Shown one piece after another: positions 11,974 to 24,283 of a stretch of DNA of 64,000 bases; positions within the stretch are counted from its first letter, which is position 1; each line of letters begins with the position of its first letter. The translations under genes and the position numbers were made by a program. The stretch is from Hydrolagus colliei. Taxonomy: Eukaryota. The notes under the pieces are model-generated. The model saw only the letters and a list, made by a program, of their open reading frames with translations. It was not told the DNA's origin and made no database searches. The stretch covers positions 992,001-1,056,000 of the forward strand of contig CM068769.1 in the NCBI GenBank assembly GCA_035084275.1, read 5' to 3'.

Positions 11974-12927
11974 GGGCTCAGTGCATAGTAATACACCGCC
12001 GAGTCTGTGACTCACTTGGGATATATTTAATGGGACGGTTCTCTCCACTTCATCCACTGTCGTTGAGAAACTTTCTTCTGTAAAGTCTGCGTATTTCTGC
12101 CTGTTCCTGGTTGATGTACTGAGGGTATATTCTGGTGGCTTATTGGGATATTGACGGTACCAGAACAGATAATGCTCGGTGCAGCTTTTAGCTGTATAAT
12201 AACACTGCAGATTCACACTCGCCCCTCCAATAACTGGTACACTCGCTGGGAGCTGTGTCACCGTGTCTCTTCCACATTGTCCTGGGAAAAACAAACACAT
12301 CAGCGTTTAATACAGTAATATTGGAAACATAATTGTGTTCGATATAGCATATTATAGAGTGTTCGTGCCATCGCCAAGCGTTTCACAGAACACGCAATGA
12401 CTCCAGTTTGTACGTGAAAGCAGCAGCGAGTAGAAAACATCATTCCAGCACAAACAGGCATGGAACAATAATGATAATACTTGCATTTAATACAGCGCTT
12501 TTCACGTCTTGGAGACGTCTCAAAGCGTTTCCCAGTGTATGCTTTGCAGTGAACTAACTATATTTGCACCAGTAGCTGCATTTTTCAAGAGGTCAATAGC
12601 GTAGTACAGTGATCTGTCAATCGACTGAAACAATCGGGTACCTGCTCACTGCTCGGTAAGAAGATATATATATGTGTATGTGGAATAAGTACACTTGTAG
12701 TGTCGCCCTGTCCCACCAGGAATCGAACTCAGAACCTTCAGCATGCGAGGCGAGTTTTCTAACGACTAGCTACAGCACAATACGTAGCCACAAGGGCTGT
12801 AGTTATTGGTTATTCCATGCAATACAACTTTGTCTTTGGAGAACATGTAAATGAATTGTATACATATCGAGTAAGCTTGTGGCTTACCTGCGAAGGTAAT
12901 GATGGCGGCTGCCACGTATGTATACAT
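11974..12927 (-). pseudogene. TCR V pseudogene, subfamily C (leader 12888-12927, V exon 11974-12281)
   Basis: Leader MYTYVAAAIITFA-G with GTAAG donor. V reads GQCGRDTVTQLP..LQCYYTAKSCTEHYLFWYRQYP..; a 2-nt deletion near the 3' end and the second Cys changed TGT>TAT. TGACGCA at 13109-13115. Confidence 0.92.
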
Positions 12928-13944
12928 TGTCATCTGTGTTAATGGCACCATGTGGTGAGAGAGCGCTGGTGGTATCGTTGAGAATATTGACTGGGAAGTA
13001 GTAAGATACTGTGAGCAGAGCTGAACATTAAATGACACATACACAAATTGCCATTCACTGAGTGAGCAGGTCTGATTATTATTCACAAATCTTGCATGTT
13101 TGTCATTTTGCGTCACGCACTCTATGCTGCCATCTCGTTCCTCCATTGGTTCTCTTCCACCACTAACCTGCTTTTCTGACAGCCGGCTGTCTGACACCTG
13201 CAGTAAACTTCACCCATATTGATTGTGTTCCAAATAATATAAACGAGTTAAACCTGTACGTCCCATTGAGCGTGTTAATGTGACTTGAGTAAGGAGGTTG
13301 GTCTTTCTCACTGGAGGGAGACTTCAGGATTAATTATTGTCCAATAGCTCTGGGCTCAGACTAGTGAGGGACAAGACGAGAAGAGGTACAATCTACATTC
13401 TGACTATAGAATAATAACTTCTCTGTGACTATTCGTGTCCAGGCTTGATTACGCTAACTGTCTGCAACTGCTTCCCGTCTATTCCATTCTCAAGCTATAG
13501 CCTGTGCACAGATTTGCGTTCATATTAGGAATACGAACAATCCTTGCTTGTGATATAACGGTGGCCAATTGCATATATCACTGTATAGCAATCACTCCTG
13601 GAGAGTCGTCCATTTTATTATTAGAGTATTGACCCAAGAAAGGTTATCGGTCGGTCGATTAGCAGCCGGATTCCTGCATAATACTCTCCATGCATGTAAT
13701 AAGTATAAGTGACCCATTGGATTGAAGGACCAATTTATTAATATCATCAGTATTCTGAAGGAATTCTTACACCCGAAATAGCGAGTCACCAATCCACTAA
13801 CTGCACAGTTCTGACGTACTGCCATGTAAACAGCGCCATATGTGTGGAGTAAGGAAACTAGCCATACATTTAGCTCCTCCGTGAATTCGAACCCTTGTAT
13901 CTTGCCTGTGAGGCGAATGCTTTAAGCACTGAGCTGCACATGCT

Positions 13945-13985
13945 AGTTTTTGTAGGGCGGTAACGCTGATCTGTGTCTCAATGTG
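13945..13985 (-). other. Non-canonical RSS: CACATTG-25-ACAAAAACT
   Basis: A 2-nt insertion relative to the 11935 paralog lengthens the spacer to 25 nt. Confidence 0.75.
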
Positions 13986-14809
13986 GCTCAAAGCACAGTA
14001 GTACACCGCCGAGACTGTGACTCTCACTTGAGATATGTTTAAAGGGACAGTCCTCCCAACTTTATACACAACCGTTGAGAAATATCCATTGGCAAAGTCT
14101 GCATGTTGTGGATTGTTCCTGACGAATGTGCTGAGGGTATATTCTGGAGCTGAGTTTCGATAGTGGCGGTACCAGAATAGATATATATTGGTGTCTATTG
14201 CTGTTGTATAATTACACTGCAATATTGCATTCTCCCCTTGATCTGCTGTCACAATGGATTGGAGCTGTGTCACAGCGTCGCCTTCACCGTGTCCGAGAAA
14301 CAATACAAATGAATAATAATCATATAAGTAATAACAATCACAAAAATATTGATGTTAGTAATCCTTACATTTGCTACAGCGGCTTAGCCCATATTCGCGA
14401 CTAGACAATGTGCTTCACAGAATATATATTAAGCACATTTTCTGGGAAAAACGTCAGAACCGCTTATCAGTGTCCCCCCCAAAAAACGAGTTAATTTCTT
14501 GATTTATATAAGATTAAATTTTTGGAATTCAATGCGTCAGAGATGCGATCAGTACGTTTATCCACAGTAGGTTCGTATTTAAAATCACTGAAAAATGTAC
14601 GTGTGTGTGCAGCAAGTAAACTTGCCTGTAGATTCGCCCTCACTACTCACGGAGTTACAGGATTCTACCGCTTTTCAAGTCCTGCAATTTATTGGTCAAT
14701 TCATGCAATAAGAAAACATACTCATTGGATTATTTGTGTATGAATATATAAAGTGTGTGCGTGGCTTACCTGCGAAAATAACGATGGCTGCTGCCACATA
14801 AATATACAT
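13986..14809 (-). pseudogene. TCR V, subfamily C: open frame but splice acceptor and RSS defective (leader 14770-14809, V exon 13986-14293)
   Basis: Leader MYIYVAAAIVIFA-G. V is open (DAVTQLQS..LQCNYT..YLFWYRH..VSAVYYCALS), but the acceptor reads TTTCTCG|GA (AG>CG versus CCCAG|GA in the paralog). Confidence 0.85.
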
Positions 14810-15941
14810 TGTAATTTGTGTGCTTAGTGGCATGTGGTGTTCAGGGAGCGTTGATGGTGGAGTTCCACACCGTTGGCTGGGAGGCAGTTAGATGCGGTGT
14901 GGAGGGCAGGACAATCTATGGCATTCAGAATTTACCACAGGCTATAACTGAACAGGTCTATAGGTTGTTTACATGACTTATGTCTCTGTCATTTTGCATC
15001 ATTCACTCTGTTCTACCATCTCGCACCGCCATTGGTTCTCTTCCATCAATATGGTAAAGACCTGAAACAGGTCATTGAGAATGTACAGAGCTAATGGGAG
15101 ACACGTTACATCACCATTTTCTCTGATGCCTCTGCCCTAGTTACTTGCAAGTTTCCTTCCTGCCCCATTTCCTCTCCAGGCTTCTGGGTTACAGCCGTTT
15201 GCGTACAAAACACAAGCTTTTGTTCGCACAATTAATCGACAAAACTTGGTTTGTTTCGTATTTTACTAACCAGTCTGTAAACATGTGACGAACACATCTC
15301 ATGCTTGCTAGCGTACAAATCCAAATTTGAGTTACAGTAAATATTATTTTGTTTGATGTAGCATCTTATCGCATCTTCAAAACATCTCTAATCTCTTCAC
15401 AAGAAGAACTGTCATAGGTGACGATCATGTATTTTCTCAATCAAATACACGGCAGGCAATTACACACAGCCTTGTCTAGCAAAACCTAATGGAGAGTCAT
15501 ACATTTTGTATTGGAGTGTTGACCGAGAAAAGGCTATCGGCCGGTCGTCTAGCAGCCGGTTTCCTACATAATGCTCTGCATTAGTGTAATTATAATCCTT
15601 GCATTCTAGGTTCTGCCTGATTCTTTATTCAGATTTCTGCTGTGAAGTGAATTGAACTGATATGTTGGGATAATTTCAGCACACAGTGTGTACAGAGCAG
15701 CGTCTCACAAACAGACGTGGATTGAAGTGCACATTTGTATATTTTAAAAGGAGTTATGACCCTCAGGAAATTGATCCCTCAATCAACGACGAACCAGATA
15801 CCTACAAACTAATACTATTAACAGAGGTGTGTCGAATAAGGAAAATCGCCCCAAATTTTGTCCAGCCAAGTATCGAACCCCAGCCCTCCTTGTTTGCGAG
15901 ATGAGTTATTTACACAGGTTATAACTACAGGGTCCTCATCC

Positions 15942-15980
15942 TGTTCTTGTACAGGCTCCTCTGAGACACGCAGCACTGTG
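15942..15980 (-). other. 23-RSS: CACAGTG-23-ACAAGAACA
   Basis: Heptamer 15974-15980, nonamer 15942-15950. Confidence 0.93.
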
Positions 15981-16437
15981 CTCGTTGCACAAAAGTAAAT
16001 GGCGGTGTCTGTCACTCGCACATCTTTGATTGATAGTGTGCTTTTTTTCTCGTTTGTGTCAGCCGATGCACTTATCCTCTCTCCTTCCTTCATCTCTCTG
16101 GTTACCGTCACCAAGTACTGGATGGAACCAAGTCCATACTGTTTGTACCAATGGAATACGTCGACGTCGCCAGTGGTGGTGCAATCCAGAGATAAATTTC
16201 CATTTTCATTATCTGTCAGTGCCCGTGGTCTCTGTGACACTTCGCTTTCAGCCAAGACAACTGGGGAATAGAAAGGAACAATCTTCGAAAGAAATTCGAA
16301 TAGTGTCAGCAAAGCTAATTTGTACTGATTCAGGAGTGAAACGTGAAGATAGTGTTGTTCAAACACGTATCCCACTTACACCAACATAATACGAATAAAT
16401 TAAAAACAGCGTATGTTGCAGTGAAATTCTGCATCAT
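15981..16437 (-). CDS. Apparently functional TCR alpha/delta-type V gene segment, subfamily A (leader 16380-16437, V exon 15981-16260)
   Basis: Leader MMQNFTATYAVFNLFVLCW, GTAAGT donor, 119-nt intron, CCCCAG acceptor. Open V: VLAESEVSQRP..SLDCTTTGDVDVFHWYKQYG..STLSIKDVRVTDTAIYFCATS. Good RSS; TGACGCA at 16554-16560. Confidence 0.9.
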
Positions 16438-17603
16438 TCTCAACCGGCTTCGACTCACGGCGAAGTGATTGTTCGAAATGCAACAATCAATCAGCTACAA
16501 GCCAGCACCTGATTTATACATGTGTATTCATTCGTGGAGTCGACAATGAGCCCTGCGTCATTACCTTGTCTGTATTCATTGCTGGAGACATTTTGCGACT
16601 CCACCTATCACTTTCCATTGTGTTCAGAGTAACTTCCCCTCCCCTTGCCTCATACCCTTGCCACGTTGAAAGCACATCTCAAAACCTTCCTCTGCTACAG
16701 TAGCATTGTTAATCAACCTGTTCTTCCAGCCTACTTCTTCCACCATGTTGACGACCAGCTTTTGCAAAGGTACGAGTCTGTACAGCACCATGGGACGATA
16801 TATTGACGTGAAAATCACGGTACATATGTAGCTTAGTGTTATATTGTAAAGGTATTCATTTGAATCCACGAACAATTCCTGTTGAAATGAAATGTCAGCG
16901 AAGGTCTAATTTTAGTTAAGGACTTTTTGTTTCAACAAAAATGTTTTTATTTGCGTTTCACAAGAGTTTATCAGAAATAGAAACGAATAAATGGAACCGA
17001 TCCGTTTTATCTATTTCATCAGCTCTTCTGTGAAAGTGACATTAGATGTCCACCCGATGGACAGAAACAGCCTTCATTTGATGAGTCGCCTTGGGACGTC
17101 GCCCGTGACATGAATGTCGCTCTATAAATGCAATCCTGTTGTTGTTTGATGATGTCGTACTAGGCGAAAGGCATATCCAAATAATTAGGCCCGTTATTGG
17201 GAATAATTTGGGGGGATTACATTAAATGCTATGAGTTTCAAATCATGAATCAGTGCTTGAACCGAGTATCATCTGACTCAGAGGCAAATACACTGTAAAT
17301 AGCGCAAGACTGACTACGTCAATGAACGAAACTCACCTTCAAGTTAAATTATTATTGAGTAGATGCTCAGCCCTTCAGCATATTCGAGACTGAAGTTGAT
17401 AGATTTGCTATGGAGAAAGGGATAAAGGGATTGCGATAAAAAGGGATTAGGCAGGGGCAGTTTGAGTTAGATCAGTAGATAAATTATAAACTTTTTGAAC
17501 GGCGGATCAGGCTAGAGGGGCCGAATGGCCTATTCCAGCTCCTTATTTTTATGTTCGTGTATTAAAACATGTATAAACGCTGCTGATTTGTTCTTGAAGC
17601 AAT

Positions 17604-17618
17604 GATGCCCCGTCGCGG
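17604..17618 (-). promoter_or_regulatory. CTCF-like core about 25 bp 3' of the RSS nonamer
   Basis: CCGCGACGGGGCATC, one mismatch to CCGCGNGGNGGCA; positionally equivalent to 4297-4311. Confidence 0.4.
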
Positions 17619-17642
17619 TTTAGCAGTAAAATAACCAGTTGA

Positions 17643-17681
17643 TGTTTTTGTCCAGAGCCTCGATAGCACAGCAGCAGTGTG
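17643..17681 (-). other. 23-RSS: CACACTG-23-ACAAAAACA
   Basis: Heptamer 17675-17681, nonamer 17643-17651. Confidence 0.9.
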
Positions 17682-17985
17682 GGCTCCACGGCACAGTAAT
17701 ACACAGCAATGTACCTGATCAGAAATGTGCCAATCCTCACTTTGAAATGTTCATTCGATTTTTTGACAGTGGAGGATAATCGAGCTGGGAAGTCAGGGTT
17801 CCTGTGTACGTTATTCCCTGAACCCCGAAATAGATACACCGGAGCTTGGCTGGAAGCTTGTCTGTACCAGAAGAGAGCAATCGCGTCATTGATTTTCTTG
17901 AAGCTGCAGGACAATTTCACATATTGTGCCTCTGGAATCCATGTTTCTGGCATCGATTGTTTCCCCATTTCATGCAGGCTGCTTC
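17682..17985 (-). pseudogene. TCR V exon, subfamily B: open frame, leader apparently defective
   Basis: Open VKLSC..LFWYRQAS..DFPARLSSTV..AVYYCAVEP. The leader remnant ends near 18141 with a GC donor and stops, a SINE head lies in the intron, and the promoter region is interrupted by a CR1. Confidence 0.75.
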
Positions 17986-18346
17986 CTGTGATTGAAATCG
18001 ACAAGGTTATTGAGAAGCAAGTTTGTATTACATACGGATCCTGCTGCTCGATGGTTAGAACACTAGCCAAATAAGAGAGAAGAGCCAGATTCGATTTCTG
18101 GGCAGTGCAAATCTCAGCTATAATTCTTTACTCCACATGCCTCTGTGATCCTACTAGTAACTAGAAATCCAGGTATTAGTCAATTTGCGCATTGCTAAAC
18201 TAGTACAAATCATTCATAAATTGAAATCAATATAAATAATCTTAATTTCGTCAATGAATCCGTGAAGGTTTTGGGCCACTGTTGAGCGAAACTGGCTGTC
18301 ACGTTTCACCCAGAGAACACATTGTCAATTCGCTTTAAAGTATAAA

Positions 18347-21264
18347 GTAAGACGGGAGAAAAATGCAGAGGAAGTAATTTGTGCCTTAGAGTGCATGTAT
18401 GTAAATGCACGAAGTTTGAGAAATAAAATTGGCGAGCTGCAGGCTCAGGTTGCTGCAAGGCAGCAACCTGATGTTATAGCAGTAACAGAGACTTGGCTCC
18501 AGCATGGACAGGAATGGGATTTGAACATTCCTGGTTATAATGTATTGAGGAGGGATAGAGAAGGGAGAAAAGGGGGGCGGGGTGGCAATTTTAGTTAAGG
18601 ACTCAGTGACTGCCTTAGAAAGGAACGAGGTGGAAGAAGAACTAAAAATCGAATCTATCTGGTTAGAAATGAGGAATAAAAAAGGTGCAGTTACACTGTT
18701 AGGGGTATACTATAGACCACCAAATAGTGGGGAGGAGATAGACAAGCAGATCTGCAAGCGTATCACGGAGAAATGCAGAGCTAATAGAGTAGTGATAATG
18801 GGTGACTTCAACTATCCCAACATAGACTGGCAGAATAGTAGAGTAAAGGGTAAGGAGGGAGAAGAATTACTGAAGTGTGTGCAGGACAACTTTCTTGATC
18901 AGTATGTTTCCAGTCCAACGAGGAAAGAAGCATTGCTGGATCTAGTTTTGGGAAATGAGGTAGGGCAAGTTCAACAGGTTTCTGTAGGTGAGCATCTAGG
19001 GAATATTGACCACAACATCGTTAGATTCAGAATACTTATGGAAAGGGATAAGGAACGATCACAGGTGAGGACACTCAACTGGAAAAGTGCTAATTTCAAT
19101 GAGTTGAGGTGGGACCTAGCCAAGGTGGATTGGAAAGAAAAATTGGCAGGTAAGACAACTAACGAGCAGTGGGCAGCGTTCAAAGAGGAGATAGTTCAGG
19201 CACAGGTCAAAAGCATCCCCACAAAGGTGAAATGTAAGGCATCCAAACCTCCCTGGATGACTAAGGAAATCGGTGCCAAAATAAAACAAAAAAAGGATGC
19301 TTATGATAAGTGTCAGGCTCAAAATTCAGAAGGGAACAAAGCAGAATATAGGAAGTGTAGGATAGAACTAAAAAAGGAAGTTAGAGGGGCAAAGAGACTG
19401 CATGAAAAACAATTAGCGAGTAAGATTAAGGGGAACCCTAAGGTTTTTTACCAACATATTAAGAGTAAAAGGTTGGTCAAGGATAGGGTGGGGCCAATTT
19501 GGGACCTAGGAGGAAATCTCATTGTGGAGGCAGAGGGCATGGCTGATGTACTGAATGAGTACATCGCCTCTGTCTTCACAAAAGAAAATAATACAGCCAA
19601 TGCCATGGTATTAGAGGAGATGGTAGGAGAAATGGATAGAATAATTATAACCAGAGAGGAAGTTCTAAAAAGGTTGACGTCGCTCAAGGTGGATAAGTCA
19701 CCTGGTCCGGATGGGATGCACCCTAGATTACTAAGTGAGGCACGGGAGCAAATAGCAGGGACTCTGGCCACGATATTTCAATCTTCCTTGGACACAGGGG
19801 TCGTGCCACAGGACTGGAGGATAGCTAATGTTACTCCCTTGTATACAAAGGGGCAGAAGGACAAGCCTGGTAACTACAGACCAGTCAGTCTAACGTCGGT
19901 AGTGGGCAAACTTCTAGAGTCCATAATCAGGGACAACGTAGATCTTCACTTAGAAAGATATAGGCTAATAAAGGACAGTCAACATGGATTTGTTAAAGGC
20001 AAATCTTGCCTTACAAATCTGATAGAATGTTTTGATGAGGTAACGGAATGGGTGGATAATGGTAGCGCAGTTGATGTAGTTTACATGGACTTTCAAAAGG
20101 CATTTGACAAAGTGCCACATGAGACACTTATTATGAAATTAAAGGCCCATGGCGTAAAAGGGACAGTGGCAGCGTGGATCCACAACTGGCTGCGAGACAG
20201 AAGGCAGAGAGTTGTAGTGAGCGGCTGTTTTTCAGATTGGAGGGAAGTGAGCAGTGGTGTGCCACAGGGATCAGTTTTGGGACCATTGCTGTTTGTAATT
20301 TATATCAATGATCTGGACTTGGGTGTACGGGGTACAGTTTCCAAGTTTGCAGCTGACACTAAGTTAGGGAGAATAGTAAACAGTGAGGAGGATAGTAGCC
20401 ATCTACAAGAGGATATAGACAAATTGGTAAAGTGGGCAGACACATGGCAGGTGAAGTTTAATGCAGAGAAGTGTGATGTGATGCATTTTGGAAGAAGAGA
20501 TGAAAGGAGGCAATATAGGCTAGATAGTACAATTTTAAATGTTATAAAGGAACAGAGAGACCTGGGGATTTGTGCTAGTGACTCGTTGAAGGTGGCAGGA
20601 CAAGGCTGTTAAGAATGCATATGGGATACTAGGGTTTATAAATAGGGGTATAGAGTACAAAAGTCAGGAAGTGCTGACTAACCTCTATAGGACTTTGGTG
20701 AGGCCTCAGCTGGAATACTGTGTTCAATTCTGGTCACCACACTACAGAAAGGATGTGAAGGCATTGGAAAGGGTACAACGAAGATTTACTAGGATGGTGC
20801 CAGCATTGAGGGACTTCAGCTATGAGGAGAGGCTAGATAGGCTAGGGTTATTCTCTCTGGAGCAGAGAAGATTGAGGGGAGACCTAATTGAGGTTTATAA
20901 GATCATGAGGGGTTTCGACAGGGCAAATAGAGAAAAACTATTTCCATTCGTGGGTGAATCTGTGACTCGTGGTCACAGATTTAAAATAGTCTCAAGGCGA
21001 AGTAGAGGGGAGCTGAGGAGAAATGTTTTCACTCAGCGAGTTGTTCGAATCTGGAATGCATTGCCTGAAAAGGTGGTGGAGGCTGATTCGATAACAACTT
21101 TTAAAAGGGAATTAGATCTTTATTTAGGGAGAACGGGTCTATTAGGCTATGGGGAGCGGGCAGGGTAGTGGGATTGAATCGTTCTTTTCAAAGAGCCGGC
21201 ACCGACTAGATGGGCTGAACGGCCTCCTTTTGTGCCGTAAAATTCTATGATTCTATGATTCTAT
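18347..21264 (+). mobile_element. CR1 LINE, near-complete ORF2 (APE endonuclease + RT), frameshifted
   Basis: YVNARSLRNK, VTETWL, GVYYRPP, MGDFNYP, PGNYRPVSL, YMDFQKAFDKV, GVPQGSVLGP, FAADTKL, RPQLEYCVQFWSP. Frameshifts near 18585 and 20610; (ATTCTATG)n tail at 21242-21264. Confidence 0.97.
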
Positions 21265-21589
21265 TGAGGAGCGCGTTGTGACGCCTCAAATTTGTGATGA
21301 AGCACTTTATACATCCCATTTATCATTACTTTTATTTGCTGTTTTGCTCTACTAAACCGTTTAGCAGATATTAAGGGAAAATAATAAAGGTATAAGAAAG
21401 TGGCATACAAGAAAGTAAGATGAGAGTTACTGAGGGCACAGCGCACTTCCCCCACATGAGCATCTTAATCCTGCGTCTGCCATTAACTCTCCAGCATGTG
21501 GTTGTTTATATAGTGAATGTGGATGGAATATAGAGACACTCACTCACTGACGCCCACATGTAAACACGCCCACATTGACAACACTCTAC

Positions 21590-21800
21590 CCACACAGAGC
21601 ACCGGCCGCACAGAGCCCCGAAGACACATTGTCTCGCCCACACAGTTCCCCACCTACACAGAGCCCCCCCCCACACACAGAGCCCCGCCCACACGGAGCC
21701 CCGCCCACGCGGAGCCCCGCCCACACATAGCCTCGGTCACATACAGTCCCGTCGTCACGGAGCTCCGCCCGCACAGAGCCCCGCCCACACTGTCAATGAA
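21590..21800. repeat. GC-box-rich minisatellite (CACAGAGCCCCGCC)
   Basis: Tandem degenerate units; paralog of 5290-5480. Confidence 0.75.
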
Positions 21801-21959
21801 ACTCGTAGACAAAGCTCCTCCCACAAAAGTGAGATGGACGCCTCCTCAACCCTCCTCCTCCTCTTCCTGGGTCTCCTTTTGTGTTGGTGTGAAGCTTCTT
21901 GTTCACCTGCTTCTTGCACAGGGACACCAGTGATCACTCGATCAAGGAAACCTGGACTT

Positions 21960-22320
21960 TAGGGCTATAATTCTAGATTCTGAAGAATATAGAAGATTTA
22001 GAGTTGATTTCATAGAAACCGTTAAGGTTGTTAAGCGGCATTACAAAGTAGACATTGGGAGTCTGTTTCCTCTGGTTGGAGAAACAATAACTATGGATCA
22101 TGGTCTACAGTTTAAGGGATCAGCCTTTTCGCAATGATTTAAGGAAAAACTTGTTCACTCACAGGGTAAAGAATTTATGGAACTTTCTACCCCAAGGGGC
22201 TGTAAATGCTCAGTCCTTGAAAATATTCAAGATGAAGATTGATTGATTTCTTGTGAATAAAGGGATTAAATGATATGGGTAGTAGGTGGGTAGGTGGTTT
22301 TAGATTAGAGAAGGTCAGTG
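21960..22320 (+). mobile_element. Old CR1 3' fragment
   Basis: Degenerate match to the CR1 ORF2 C-terminus and 3' UTR (CTGTTTCCTCTGGTTGGAGAAAC..TTGTTCACTCACAGGGT..GGAAC). Confidence 0.6.
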
Positions 22321-22499
22321 ATCTAGACATGTCAATGCGCTTCAAATCATGCACTTTAAAGTGAAATTAATGTATGTATGTGGGCGAAATGTGGCAGACA
22401 ATTTAACACAGCATTGTCCTACAAACAGTACGATTGAATTGACCAATTTACTAGCGTTTGTTTCTTGAGGGATTTGTATGCGTCATGCTATCCCTGGAA

Positions 22500-23050
22500 C
22501 TATCTCCGGAACTCAAGAGCTCCGCTGCTCGGTTTGCCCATTTATCACCATCCTGCACAAGGATTCTTAGCAATAGAATCCTGACGAAAAGACTTTGGCC
22601 TCAAATCGTAATACATTTTCACCTCTCTATGAATTCTGCCTAACTTTCTTGCTGTTCCCAGCTAATTCTTTCTTAATAATAGTTTTCCAGCAATTATTCT
22701 AAATTTGCGCGTTTGGTTTCGAACAATACTAATATATATTTCCCGCAATCCTAACTAAAATAGCTGGTCAGCAGCTAAATTAAATTAAACCCCATCAGTT
22801 AAGTTAAACTTCCCAAATAATCATACTGCGATAAGCACAATGCAAAATATTTATTTTTGCAGTGTGATCCACTTAACGGTCCCTACTTATTTGGGAGAAA
22901 GACAACAAACGTGACTGACGATTTTTTCTTGGCCAACATAATTCTTGCGTTAGTCGTTGTTTAGACAACCCTTGTACATTTTAACTAAATCAGCAACACT
23001 GTTCATGAGGGAACTGTGTCAACTGTAAAATAAAGCGACTGTTGTAGATG
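22500..23050 (-). pseudogene. Degenerate V relic, copy 3
   Basis: Shares AAATGTACAAG..TTGTCTAAA..CGA.TAACGCA and AGTGGATCACACTG with the relic leaders, and has GATTCTATTGC (FYC) at the matching position. Confidence 0.4.
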
Positions 23051-24283
23051 ATAAGGCCTTTAGTTAAAGAATGCATGTTGATTTCCTGCACGTTGCTGCT
23101 CACGTTGTACATGTGTTTAGTGCACCAGACATTAGTGACTGTTAATAATCGCACGTGTAAAATTGGAGACATATGATGGCACATGGCATTTCGGCTCCTT
23201 CTATATTCCCTGATCCTATCTCCTCAACGGGTAGTTGGTACGTTTGCTTGTATCTGCGAGTTGTGGGCTGGGCATTTTATTTTGCTGAACACTGCTTCAA
23301 ATTTTAACATTCATATGTGCAAACCATGTGTCTGACACATTGGAAATTCCATCAAAACACTTCTGAGTATCCACATCGAACTGTGTATTGTAGTAATAAT
23401 CCTTCCTTTTGATATTGCGCCGTATCATGTCTTCAAGACTTTCGCATGATATATAGTAAAGTCCAGCGATGGTGTTTTGCGACAGAAAATTACACACAGA
23501 CTCGTGTCATGGATCGAGTTGTCGATTTTGGTTGATAGATTATTGCACACGAAAATATGACTCGCCAACCGCTCGTTAAAACTGGATCCAATTTGTTTCT
23601 CGGCAGTGGAGCAATAATAATAGATTTCGTTTCATGTTGTGTAGCAACTTACTGTAATAATAATAATATTTGCATTTGGTTTTCAAATATGCATTTGAAG
23701 CGGTCTGAGACGCCGTCTGGCGTGGAGGACGCTATATAAATATAAGTTCTTGTTGTTTGTTAATATAACACTTTTCGCGTCTTCGAGACATATGAAAGTG
23801 CACCACAGACTACACGGTAAAATGTACTGCCGGTACATTTATGGGTGGAAATTGGCAGCAAATGCCGACAGCAGTGTCCCGCGGACAACTATTTATTGTG
23901 TCACCAACTTATTATCATTTTATTGTTTTGAAGAGTATCATCCCAGGAAAAGTGATCCTCCATTAACGACTGACCAGGTTACTACATATTGCTAGATAAA
24001 GCGAGGCTTATGGAGTAAGTAAACTTGGGCAACATTTCCACCTGCCCGGAATAGAACCCAGGACTCTCTCTTCAGAGGAGTTTGTTCTAATCATTGAACT
24101 ACTGGACTAGTAAACTGGCTCCAGTTAATGAAGGACAATTGAAAATTGGTTTGCGAAATAAGCTTAGAAAGTCGAAAGTTTTGAAAAATCATGTGGTTTG
24201 TATTGTAACTAGCGTTTGGTGAACGTTTCTTTCACCATATCCAAATTGCACCATGCGTTTCTGTGATATCTTCCATATAGTGT

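Noticed and set aside
18030-18120. Apparent leader (WLFSLIWLVF) for the 17682 V
   Set aside because: It is the reverse complement of a SINE head and contains a stop.
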